Positions 20,295-28,607 of a stretch of DNA of 64,000 nucleotides are shown in pieces. A program made the translations under genes and the position numbers. A model generated the notes under the pieces. The model was not told the DNA's origin, made no database searches, and was given only the letters and a program-made list of their open reading frames with translations. This DNA comes from an uncultured Gammaproteobacteria bacterium (GTDB lineage: Bacteria; Patescibacteriota; Microgenomatia; CAYXHB01; CAZYTL01). Where the stretch lies: positions 85,552 to 149,551 of the forward strand of contig CAZYTL010000001.1 in the NCBI GenBank assembly GCA_964650355.1, read 5' to 3'. Every line of letters begins with the position of its first letter. Positions within the stretch are counted from its first letter, which is position 1.

Positions 20295-20987
20295 TTAGAA
20301 TCCTCCTTCGAGAACCGCGAAACCTAAATTTGCCGCGCCGCAACCATACTTAAAGGATCCGTCTGCGAGCAGGAATCGTCGGTGGGGTGGGGAAGAATCC
20401 CAACCCATGACCGCATCCCAGGCTGTGTCATATCCGCTAGCCAAATTCTCGGCCACGTTAGTCAACGCCTGACCGGAGAGATCTGATATTTCATGTTCAT
20501 TAAAATAGTTTTCAAAACCCACATGATTATCCAAATCTCCCAAGTTGATCAACTCTCCCAATCTGAGACTGGCCAACTGACATAGACCCGAATGCAGCTG
20601 TAGCTCCGGAACTCCGTGCTCCCGCCGATACTTATTCACCGCTTGCATTAAATCTTCACCGGTATAATACGACTGTGAATTAGTTTGAGCCACGGGTTTG
20701 GGAGTCGGCGCAGTCGTTGCCCTGGGAGCTGGAGTCTTAGAATCAGTCTGCAAAGAATTCAGTTGTGCTGCCAGCGTAGAAATCTGCTCATTCGCATCTT
20801 GAAGTTGCTGTGCCTGTTGTTTCAGCATTTTGTCCGCCGCTCTTAACGCTTGAGCAGCCTGCAAACTTGACGCCCCGGCCATCTGGTCTGTTGCCCAGAG
20901 TACCCCTACCAGAAAACCGGCCACTATTCCCAAAATCGCAATTCCTAACAAAATCACTACATTCCGAATCTGGTGATTCACCGGCAT
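20295..20987 (-). CDS. Membrane-anchored CAP/SCP domain protein
   Basis: VNKYRREHG, AENLA, WDSSPPHR; TM plus coiled coil. Confidence 0.85.
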   Translation of the reverse strand: MPVNHQIRNVVILLGIAILGIVAGFLVGVLWATDQMAGASSLQAAQALRAADKMLKQQAQQLQDANEQISTLAAQLNSLQTDSKTPAPRATTAPTPKPVAQTNSQSYYTGEDLMQAVNKYRREHGVPELQLHSGLCQLASLRLGELINLGDLDNHVGFENYFNEHEISDLSGQALTNVAENLASGYDTAWDAVMGWDSSPPHRRFLLADGSFKYGCGAANLGFAVLEGGF

Positions 20988-21015
20988 ATCCCTAGTTTAT
21001 CAAAAAACCTAACTC

Positions 21016-21043
21016 TTGACAGGAGTGAACAATTTGATACACT
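21016..21043 (+). promoter_or_regulatory. Sigma70-type promoter
   Basis: TTGACA-N16-TACACT with extended -10 TG. Confidence 0.7.
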
Positions 21044-21066
21044 ACTTGATAATTCTAATAAATAAA

Positions 21067-21375
21067 GGCTGTGAAGGAGTCGGTTGGGACTCCCGAGAAG
21101 CCGATCAGGCTATCCAACGAAGGAATGTCTGACCCGCAAGCCAAGCGTTATCAAACGGCAACAGTGTGTCGGCCATTACAGTTGGAGCACTGCACAATAA
21201 GGGTATCTTGTTTTGCAACTGTAACCGAGTCTGACTCGGTTTTTTTGTTTCCCAGAACAAGATACTGAACCAAGGTGGCACCGCCACTGATAGCTTTCAG
21301 CTTATAGCTGACAGCTTTTAGAAGGCCCTTGTAGATTTCCGAGATATTAACTCGGTGTTCTGCAAGGGCCTTTTT
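21067..21375 (+). ncRNA. T-box riboswitch, transcriptional, short stem I, probable Trp specificity
   Basis: Antiterminator CAAGG-TGGCACC-GCC (21271-21285) pairs GGCCCTTG (21324-21331); overlapping terminator 21322-21375; stem IIA/B with CGTTA; stem III 21203-21265; stem I loop GGTTGG. Confidence 0.88.
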
Positions 21376-21394
21376 ATTGACTCTTTAAACACTT

Positions 21395-22465
21395 ATGACC
21401 AAAGAAGTACGTCAAGTTTTAGGGAATTACCCTGAACCATATCTGACTTACGTCCGGGAAAGAAACGGGCGCGTGGGTCAACGGTTAGCAGATATATTAG
21501 GCGTAGAATACAACCCAGCCGGCATTACTGAAAACCACCATGGGGATACGTACTGGGTATTTTCTAAACCCGTGACAACGGGTGAAGCCAATGAGCTACG
21601 ATTACAGTCAGGTCAATATTTCGGTGCAGTAGTTGGGCACTCCGCTTTGGCAGACAAGGGTGTACTGCAACCATTAGTCAACGCCAATGCCTTTCACCCT
21701 GATTATTATCCTCATGGTCTAGCTGAAGAAATTGACGGAAGCGTAATTGATGGGCATCTTGTTTTTAGTAGAAAAGATGCTCAGCATAGCTATTATAGTT
21801 TAAGAACCCGAGGGCCAGTCAGACTGAAATATCCTCCCTCAAGTGACCATGATAATCAATGGATATTGAATACGGAAGACGATTTAACACTAGCCCTGAG
21901 TAATTTTTCTGGCGACCAACTTGAACAATCTGGATTAGTTCTCCAATTGGATCTCAGTCACTTACATCCCGTAACCAGAAACATAGGCCAATTAAGAATC
22001 GGTGATCACTATTTCAGTTTTATCGGCCGACAACAAAGTATTGTCCATGCAGGTAGACTAAAATATGGTGGAACCGAATTAACCATGTTTAGAGGTGGGT
22101 TAGAAGAGTTGCAGCAAACACACAGAAGAAAAATTAATGTCCATCCCCACCTGACAGAAGCCATCGAATCTGCTATAAAACTTCGACGTGCGTATCCTGG
22201 TTATGGTGTGCAAGCAACTCGTTTTTGTGTCGACACTGTAGACCAATTTGTAGTGGATCCTTCACTACGACCGGGAGGAGCCACCCCAGCTTCAGTATTG
22301 GCTATCGCTGAGTTACTGGGTAATCCCGGCGCAGATCATGTTAGTGCTGCTTCACGGTTGCATTACGATCCTGTCCCAGGGCGTGATTATCCGGGTGAAG
22401 TGTTTTTAAATCATCCAGATTTGACCATCACCGCTAGAGTGACTGGTATAAATAACGGCTTTTAA
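21395..22465 (+). CDS. DUF3182-like ATP-grasp-fold protein
   Basis: YFGAVV...K...PLV, GPVRLK, IGQLRIG, YGGTELTMFRGG, SLRPGGAT match my recollection of DUF3182. Confidence 0.75.
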   Translation: MTKEVRQVLGNYPEPYLTYVRERNGRVGQRLADILGVEYNPAGITENHHGDTYWVFSKPVTTGEANELRLQSGQYFGAVVGHSALADKGVLQPLVNANAFHPDYYPHGLAEEIDGSVIDGHLVFSRKDAQHSYYSLRTRGPVRLKYPPSSDHDNQWILNTEDDLTLALSNFSGDQLEQSGLVLQLDLSHLHPVTRNIGQLRIGDHYFSFIGRQQSIVHAGRLKYGGTELTMFRGGLEELQQTHRRKINVHPHLTEAIESAIKLRRAYPGYGVQATRFCVDTVDQFVVDPSLRPGGATPASVLAIAELLGNPGADHVSAASRLHYDPVPGRDYPGEVFLNHPDLTITARVTGINNGF

Positions 22466-22620
22466 ATATGATTAACCTATATAAACTTTACCAACTGATT
22501 TGACTTTCCACTCGGGGATAATTAAATACTTGCGCGGCAGATGGGTCTTGGGCCGAGCCTCTCAGCAAGACAATTTCAAGATTCAATTTCGTTCGCCGCA
22601 TAGTTGTATTGTACAGATTT

Positions 22621-23706
22621 TTAATTAATCGACAACAGGAACTGTTTAAGAATTAAATAGTAATCATGCAAACTTTTAACACTCACCCACTCTTCATCGG
22701 TATGCAGACCTGAACCAATCGGACCAAAGGTGACACCGTCACAACCCACCTGATTATAGAGACGAATATCAGAACCACCATGTTTAACAATCAGCTTTGA
22801 AGGCTTTCCAGTAATCTTCCTGGTGGCTTGTCTGAGCTTCTTCACATACTGGTTTTGTTCATCAGTAAATTGGCAAGGTTCATTAACCACCACCTCGATC
22901 TCGGCCAAACCTTTCAGTATCTGTTTAATTCTGTTAAGAATTTCTTCTTTGTCAGCAGGAATATAGCGCACATCCACACCCAAAATACAATCTTCTGGAA
23001 CCTTATTAAAGGTTTGGTTGGTAGTCTGCAGCATTGCCAAATTAGCTGTTGTTTTCCAAGCCTCTTCCGAGGGCACCGGAAAATGTTGGTTAAATTTTTC
23101 CATTACCAGACCCATTTGGTGAATCGCATTCTCACCATTCCACGGATAAGCTCCGTGTGCAGCCTTACCTTTAGTTTTAATTTTCAGCCAAATAATTCCC
23201 TTGGCCTGATTATTCACACCGAAGTCTGTAGGTTCTCCTGCAATCACGAAATCGGCCTTAATACCTTTTTCTATCTGATATTTAGTGCCATGAAAACCGC
23301 CCACTTCTTCATCCGTTACCAACTGCAAACCCAGGGGGTAATTGACTTTGTCCGCCAACTCTTTAAATAACAAAACCATCACCGCCGCAGCGCCTTTCAT
23401 ATCTTGAGCTCCTCTACCATACAACTTGCCGTCTCTCAATTTTGGGCTGAACATCTTTTCTGGGCCGGGCACTACATCCAAATGAGCATTCAAAATTACG
23501 CGAAACCGCTGAGGAAAACTAACTTTTTTGCAAACCAATAAACTTGGTATCCCCTGGCTTTCAAACCTTTTTACGGAAAATTCTTTTAACTCTGTTTCAC
23601 ACACCTTCAGAACTTCGTGCATGGCACTTAGGTTATCCGTAACCGAATTAATTCCAATCAGTCTTTCAGCTAATTGTCTAGTCATAGTACCTGATACATA
23701 TTCCAT
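22621..23706 (-). CDS. M20 peptidase (ArgE/DapE-like)
   Basis: NAHLDVVP, GRGAQDMKG, DEEVGG, GEPT, HTDEE. Confidence 0.93.
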   Translation of the reverse strand: MEYVSGTMTRQLAERLIGINSVTDNLSAMHEVLKVCETELKEFSVKRFESQGIPSLLVCKKVSFPQRFRVILNAHLDVVPGPEKMFSPKLRDGKLYGRGAQDMKGAAAVMVLLFKELADKVNYPLGLQLVTDEEVGGFHGTKYQIEKGIKADFVIAGEPTDFGVNNQAKGIIWLKIKTKGKAAHGAYPWNGENAIHQMGLVMEKFNQHFPVPSEEAWKTTANLAMLQTTNQTFNKVPEDCILGVDVRYIPADKEEILNRIKQILKGLAEIEVVVNEPCQFTDEQNQYVKKLRQATRKITGKPSKLIVKHGGSDIRLYNQVGCDGVTFGPIGSGLHTDEEWVSVKSLHDYYLILKQFLLSIN

Positions 23707-23712
23707 TCAAAG

Positions 23713-25083
23713 TCAACCAAAGTTCTCCATATATTTTTCAGTATATATCGAAATACGCTCACGATACTTTCTTAAATGTTCATTATCTTTAGATCCGAAA
23801 AAAGCCACCGTGTTTAAAAAAGTAAATATATCTATCAAAAAATTGTCTAAATTTTCATCCATCTTATTTAAATCTATATAAAATTTTCCGTTTTTAATCT
23901 CTAAAATTTCATACTGCTGTGCCTTTAATAGCCATAAACTTGTCGAATATAAATATTCTTCTCGGAGTCCCATATTTTTATATCTTTGATATTTATATTC
24001 AAATAACAACCAATCCAACACTAGTAAATCTCTAGTTGCACCTTTATCTAACATCGAATTTTGTTCTAATAAATAAGACAAATAGAGGGAATTTATTTCA
24101 GCCCGGCCTTCCTCTATTAAAGTATAATACTTACCGAGATTAAAACTCGCATTATTCGGTTTTAAATAAGTGTGTCCGTATTCATGTAAAATTAGACTCA
24201 GTAAATACAACTTCTCCACATTGTTTTCAATATTAGTTTTTAACTTTTTATCTAATTCAAACCGAGGCCGAGCCTTCTTGACAAAAGGTACTAACTTCGC
24301 CACTTTGCTCTTCAAATTGTTAACCATAATCATTTTTATTGTCCCGTATTTCTTCGCTAAATTGACATTTTCAGGTCTTGACCAACCTTCCGTATCTAAT
24401 TTCGCCACTTCTCCACCCTCAGATACTACGTCTCCTATAAACAAGTGAACAGCCTTATTTTCATCGCTAATGGGTAAAAATGAAAGATTATTCCTCGTAA
24501 CTTCTGACAATGAATTCCAAATCTTATTATAAAATTGATATTGTAAATTTTTATACAAAAACACAGCTGTGTAAAATCTCTTCGTTCCCAATATTTTATC
24601 ATGATAACGTTCGATCGGCCCGACACTCATTAAAAAAAATGCCGATTCATCAAAACGAAGAAATTCTTTATCAGCCTTCTCCCACTCGTCAGTTAAGAAC
24701 GCTTTTTCTAAACTAGAATAAAACCTTAACCACCTTTGCGCATTAAAACTTTCTTTTATGTTGTTAACTTCGTTTTTAATATCATTAATCAATATCACAA
24801 TTTTTTTCAAATCAAATTTGTAATAATCGTGGTAAGGAATCTCTTTAACCCTACCCGCTTTAACCATCATTACAGAATACGCATTGGTTTGATACCCAGG
24901 ATTTTGGCGTAGGAAGTCTTTAACTTCTCCTTGATAAACTCCTCCCTTTTTACTCAACTGTTTTATAAACAGTCGATCTATCTCTTTAACCAACTCGATA
25001 TTCAACTTCACAAAATCAATATAAACTTTAGGGATCTTCTTAACTATATCATCGTGTGTCCGGAGATATTTTTTCATAACCAA
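23713..25083 (-). CDS. M49-like (dipeptidyl peptidase III-like) zinc peptidase
   Basis: VGPIERYHD, HEYGH, EEGRAE; ATG start probably 25077. Confidence 0.7.
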   Translation of the reverse strand: MVMKKYLRTHDDIVKKIPKVYIDFVKLNIELVKEIDRLFIKQLSKKGGVYQGEVKDFLRQNPGYQTNAYSVMMVKAGRVKEIPYHDYYKFDLKKIVILINDIKNEVNNIKESFNAQRWLRFYSSLEKAFLTDEWEKADKEFLRFDESAFFLMSVGPIERYHDKILGTKRFYTAVFLYKNLQYQFYNKIWNSLSEVTRNNLSFLPISDENKAVHLFIGDVVSEGGEVAKLDTEGWSRPENVNLAKKYGTIKMIMVNNLKSKVAKLVPFVKKARPRFELDKKLKTNIENNVEKLYLLSLILHEYGHTYLKPNNASFNLGKYYTLIEEGRAEINSLYLSYLLEQNSMLDKGATRDLLVLDWLLFEYKYQRYKNMGLREEYLYSTSLWLLKAQQYEILEIKNGKFYIDLNKMDENLDNFLIDIFTFLNTVAFFGSKDNEHLRKYRERISIYTEKYMENFG

Positions 25084-25091
25084 TTACAATT

Positions 25092-26579
25092 TTAAGTCAC
25101 AATAAAAGCACCAAAACCGGCATTCGCCATCACTAAGGTCTTGAACCACGCTTCTGCCTGAGTACAACTATCTGTCGATTCTATTTCTTTAGCCATCTCT
25201 TTTATTTGATCAATAATATACTCTTGATGAGACATAGTCATTCCGTTCTCAGGAGTATATGGCTTATGCGCTCCCACTCGGGTAAAACCAAATCCATCCA
25301 AGGCGGTCGTCCTTAACTCCAAAATTCCGCCCGGTGCTAAAGGTCCTTCCGTCATCCCATTAGGAACAATTCTTAAGATATCAACCACAGGTTGGATTAA
25401 ACGGTTATTTCTAGCCTTTAATTCGTCTAATCTGCCGAACTCAATCCCATACCCAGAATCCCCGCTTACAGGTTTGTCGATAAACATCATCGCATCCTTT
25501 CCCTCCAAATCAACTTCCCCTGGGGTACAAAAGCTGGGTATCAACATTGATACCGGACCGTATTTTTCATAAACAGGCGCAAAAGTTCCTTTAGTCAACA
25601 TCGCCATTGCAACTGGATGTTCTGTCCACATATCAGGTGAATTCAGTATCCTCTTGAACATTGCTCTCTCTTCTTCATCCATCGAACTCATCACATAGCC
25701 TATTTCTCTAGGGGTGGTATTATTCAAAAAACTTTGTCCTTCAGTACTATCTGTTCTTAATCGCCCAACGAGGTCACGAATATCTATCGGATGTCTGTCG
25801 CTTCTCCCCCAAACCTGGTTAGTAGTTACCTTGTCCGGTAAAGCATGATGTATCTCTCCGGGGCGCTCGTGTACCTTGTAATCAACAACCGAAAAATCAG
25901 ACCACCCGGCAAATATTCTAGACCTCACCTCCCAATCAAAGCGACCTAAATCTACTTGGCCTCCAAAAGCTCCATTAATTAAAAAATTACGTGTAAAACC
26001 GTAATAACCCTTGAATGAGCCCTGGCCTTCCATCCCCATGAACATAAATTGCAACTCTTTCTTCTCTACGCGCCGGTGAACCTCCTCCCAATGATTGTCT
26101 CTATCATCTATTCCCACTGCCACAGGTAATCCATTTCTAACTTCAATCGGCACCGACACAAAGTCTACTACCGGAGCTAAACCTTCCTGAAAAGATTTTT
26201 CCTTAACTGCTAAAACGGTTTCCTCACTAAACAGTTTTGGGTCTTCAACTCCATACTTCTGAAGACTTGCTGCGAAAGTTAGGTTTACTCTGGCCACGGT
26301 ATCCGCATCATTTTCGTGAGCAGCTTCCTCCACCAACAAGTCAGTCGCCCGCCTTAAATACTGATAAATATACCCAGGCACCTCTACCGGGAAACTAACC
26401 ATCCTAGTCCCTGTGAAGGTACCTTGCCAATCTCGATGAGATGTACCTTGTCCTAACCCTGCCCTGCTATTAGGCCAGCCCCGGTAAGTTTCACCCAAGC
26501 TGTCGACCATCAACTTATTAGCCTGTCTCAGTTCACCAGCATTTAATTTACGCTCAGGAATAAAGTTTATGTTTCCCAT
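25092..26579 (-). CDS. Divergent ATP-grasp amide ligase (glutathione-synthetase / circularly permuted type)
   Basis: MEGQG, WTEHP...TK, KPVSGDSGYGIEFG, LIQPVV, ELRT. Confidence 0.55.
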   Translation of the reverse strand: MGNINFIPERKLNAGELRQANKLMVDSLGETYRGWPNSRAGLGQGTSHRDWQGTFTGTRMVSFPVEVPGYIYQYLRRATDLLVEEAAHENDADTVARVNLTFAASLQKYGVEDPKLFSEETVLAVKEKSFQEGLAPVVDFVSVPIEVRNGLPVAVGIDDRDNHWEEVHRRVEKKELQFMFMGMEGQGSFKGYYGFTRNFLINGAFGGQVDLGRFDWEVRSRIFAGWSDFSVVDYKVHERPGEIHHALPDKVTTNQVWGRSDRHPIDIRDLVGRLRTDSTEGQSFLNNTTPREIGYVMSSMDEEERAMFKRILNSPDMWTEHPVAMAMLTKGTFAPVYEKYGPVSMLIPSFCTPGEVDLEGKDAMMFIDKPVSGDSGYGIEFGRLDELKARNNRLIQPVVDILRIVPNGMTEGPLAPGGILELRTTALDGFGFTRVGAHKPYTPENGMTMSHQEYIIDQIKEMAKEIESTDSCTQAEAWFKTLVMANAGFGAFIVT

Positions 26580-26618
26580 AGTCAGAGAATTAAAAAATTA
26601 GAAGTAATCATATCACAA

Positions 26619-28217
26619 TTATCGCCGTACACCCAATCTTAGTTTTAAATCATCCATAAAAACTCTTCCTGCCTCCTTATTTGTCTCTCGTATCTTTTCT
26701 TCACCCGATCCTGGAACCGTGTACGCGTAATTTAAAGCTGCCCGACCTAAATTTCCTTTCAAATAAGTACCATTTCTATTATCAAAAAACCCACCCAGCC
26801 CATACTCACCCGGTAAGTTAGCTGGAGTTAATAATCGAGAAACCACATCAACGGCTCGCTCCCAATCTGCTGATCTCTCATCAGGACTTGTCCATTCTAT
26901 TAGATGTTCCCAACCCTCAGCTACCGTAACTTCTCCTCGATTTAACTTTAATACAGCCTGATCACCATATGTGATAGCCTGCACCCGATTCTCCACCCTT
27001 TTATCCATGCTTAGTGGTTGCAAAAATGCCGGCAATGGCTCTTCATCGCTTATAACATGCTTAGCTACTCTTAAAACAAATTCTCTCTGAATCACCGCTA
27101 AGGCTAAAGCCAGTTCAAAGTGATTGCCGTCGCCAGGCCCGGTCTCAAACGTCCCTGTCCTATACTTTGTCCTCGTATCTTTATGAGAACCATTTGGTCG
27201 TGATTCCTGAATTGACAACCCCATTCTTCGTTTAGCTCTCAAAACTGCCTCATCCTTGTCATCGTTCCTTCCTCCTGCTCTTTCAGGTAAAGGAATCAAA
27301 TTCTCCCGCATTAAAAGATCTCCCCGTCTCAAATGGGCAATTGCATCTACGGGAATATTTGCCTGAACGCCTCCCCTGGTGTACATTTCCCATCTTGAAA
27401 GCTCTCTGTTTGATACCCTACCAGTCAGCTGACCTTTCCAAAACGGCGCTGCCGTGGCAATCGCATTTACCAAAGTAGCCGGCAGAGTATTATAAACGTT
27501 TCCTACATAAAGCCCAAACTCAGCACTACCTCCAAACGGCATTAAATCAGTATGACACTGGATACTCGCCGCATCAAAATCAAGAGATTGCCCATTTAGA
27601 TTATATTTCATAATCCGTGCAATTAACGGGTGAGGAGAAATATTTCCCCAACCATCAGGCAGACGAGTGCCCACCATACCCAAAGGAAGTAACAAAGCTC
27701 CTTCAACTTCACATGCATCAACTAAGGGGCCTAATCCCTTCAACAAACTATCTTCTAATTCATCCCAAGTCCTGCCCGGCGGTGTGGGAATCTCGACCAC
27801 ATAATTCTGGGCTTCCGGACTGCCTCCTGCTCTATCCAATAACCATTCTCTACCGCCTCTTGTTACAGTAATCTGATCATCTTCAAATTTCACGATCCTG
27901 TCGCCACCATAAACATTAAACGGTTCACCGGTATTTGCATCGACCACCGCCAACTCATACTCTATTCCCATTCCCACCTCTCTACTATCAGGTGGTAATC
28001 TTAAACTCTTTGTCATCTTCGCGGTATGCAGACGGATAGGCAAAAGATCCGATTCTCCCACATCAAACATGGTGTCCTCCTCGCCCTCTTGTCTCAATCT
28101 ATAGGGAACTGGTTTAACGCTTAGGCTTTTTCCCCACCATACCCCTCCCTTTCTCAAGCCATCTGGTACCTGTACTGGTCTGAAACCTTCTATTTGATTA
28201 AAACCTGCCATAACCAA
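26619..28217 (-). CDS. Divergent GCS2/YbdK-like carboxylate-amine ligase
   Basis: GIEYELAVVD, PE...VEIPT, SIQCHTD, APFWKG, DTR...GTFE; ATG start possibly 28211. Confidence 0.72.
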   Translation of the reverse strand: MVMAGFNQIEGFRPVQVPDGLRKGGVWWGKSLSVKPVPYRLRQEGEEDTMFDVGESDLLPIRLHTAKMTKSLRLPPDSREVGMGIEYELAVVDANTGEPFNVYGGDRIVKFEDDQITVTRGGREWLLDRAGGSPEAQNYVVEIPTPPGRTWDELEDSLLKGLGPLVDACEVEGALLLPLGMVGTRLPDGWGNISPHPLIARIMKYNLNGQSLDFDAASIQCHTDLMPFGGSAEFGLYVGNVYNTLPATLVNAIATAAPFWKGQLTGRVSNRELSRWEMYTRGGVQANIPVDAIAHLRRGDLLMRENLIPLPERAGGRNDDKDEAVLRAKRRMGLSIQESRPNGSHKDTRTKYRTGTFETGPGDGNHFELALALAVIQREFVLRVAKHVISDEEPLPAFLQPLSMDKRVENRVQAITYGDQAVLKLNRGEVTVAEGWEHLIEWTSPDERSADWERAVDVVSRLLTPANLPGEYGLGGFFDNRNGTYLKGNLGRAALNYAYTVPGSGEEKIRETNKEAGRVFMDDLKLRLGVRR

Positions 28218-28218
28218 T

Positions 28219-28245
28219 AAAAAAACCTCCCTTTTTTAGGAGGTT
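28219..28245 (-). terminator. Attenuator terminator of the Val/Ile leader
   Basis: AACCTCC/GGAGGTT stem plus U-tract on the minus strand. Confidence 0.85.
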
Positions 28246-28295
28246 GGGAAAAATAAAATGGGACGAACTTAAGTCATCTGTTGCCCTAACCTCCC

Positions 28296-28355
28296 TCAGC
28301 CGTTAATAATAACGACTTCTCGGGAGATAGTAATGACGACAACAGAAAAATTCAT
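28296..28355 (-). CDS. Val/Ile-rich leader peptide MNFSVVVITISREVVIING
   Basis: Hand translated, 5 Val and 4 Ile in 19 aa; followed by antiterminator and terminator. Confidence 0.85.
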   Translation of the reverse strand: MNFSVVVITISREVVIING

Positions 28356-28380
28356 ATTAGCACTATTAGATTTGAAGTAT

Positions 28381-28443
28381 ATTTTAACCTTTTGTAGCTG
28401 GCTGTCAAGCAGCACTTGACAAAATTGAATCTATTGATAATAT
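28381..28443. promoter_or_regulatory. Back-to-back divergent sigma70 promoters
   Basis: Minus: TTGACA(28408-28403)-N16-TAAAAT; plus: TTGACA(28416-28421)-N16-TAATAT with TG extension. Confidence 0.7.
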
Positions 28444-28451
28444 AAGCTCTA

Positions 28452-28508
28452 ATGTATAGAGAATTATCTCTCCTTAGCCTTCTTAGCTTGCTCCTCCTTG
28501 AGGAGTAG
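28452..28508 (+). CDS. Leu-rich leader peptide MYRELSLLSLLSLLLLEE
   Basis: Hand translated, 9 Leu in 18 aa; followed by antiterminator and terminator. Confidence 0.87.
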   Translation: MYRELSLLSLLSLLLLEE

Positions 28509-28556
28509 CTAAACGTGGGGAGAGACGTATTCTTTTTAATTCACTTTTATCAATTC

Positions 28557-28581
28557 ACCTCTCCCCAGGAGAGGTTTTTTT
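28557..28581 (+). terminator. Attenuator terminator of the Leu leader
   Basis: ACCTCTCC-CCA-GGAGAGGT followed by T-tract. Confidence 0.85.
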
Positions 28582-28607
28582 ATTGCTAGAAAATACATTA
28601 CTCGCTT

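Noticed and set aside
21071-21287. ORFs 21071-21268 (+) and 21105-21287 (-)
   Set aside because: They lie within the T-box RNA and have no protein features
26619-28217. Calling this operon ordinary gshA-gshB glutathione synthesis
   Set aside because: Key GCS2 residues are substituted and the leader is Val/Ile-rich, not Cys/Glu-rich
25075-28218. Shared ATTGGTTATG at the starts of the GCS2-like and M49-like genes
   Set aside because: 10 nt in AT-rich DNA; may be chance
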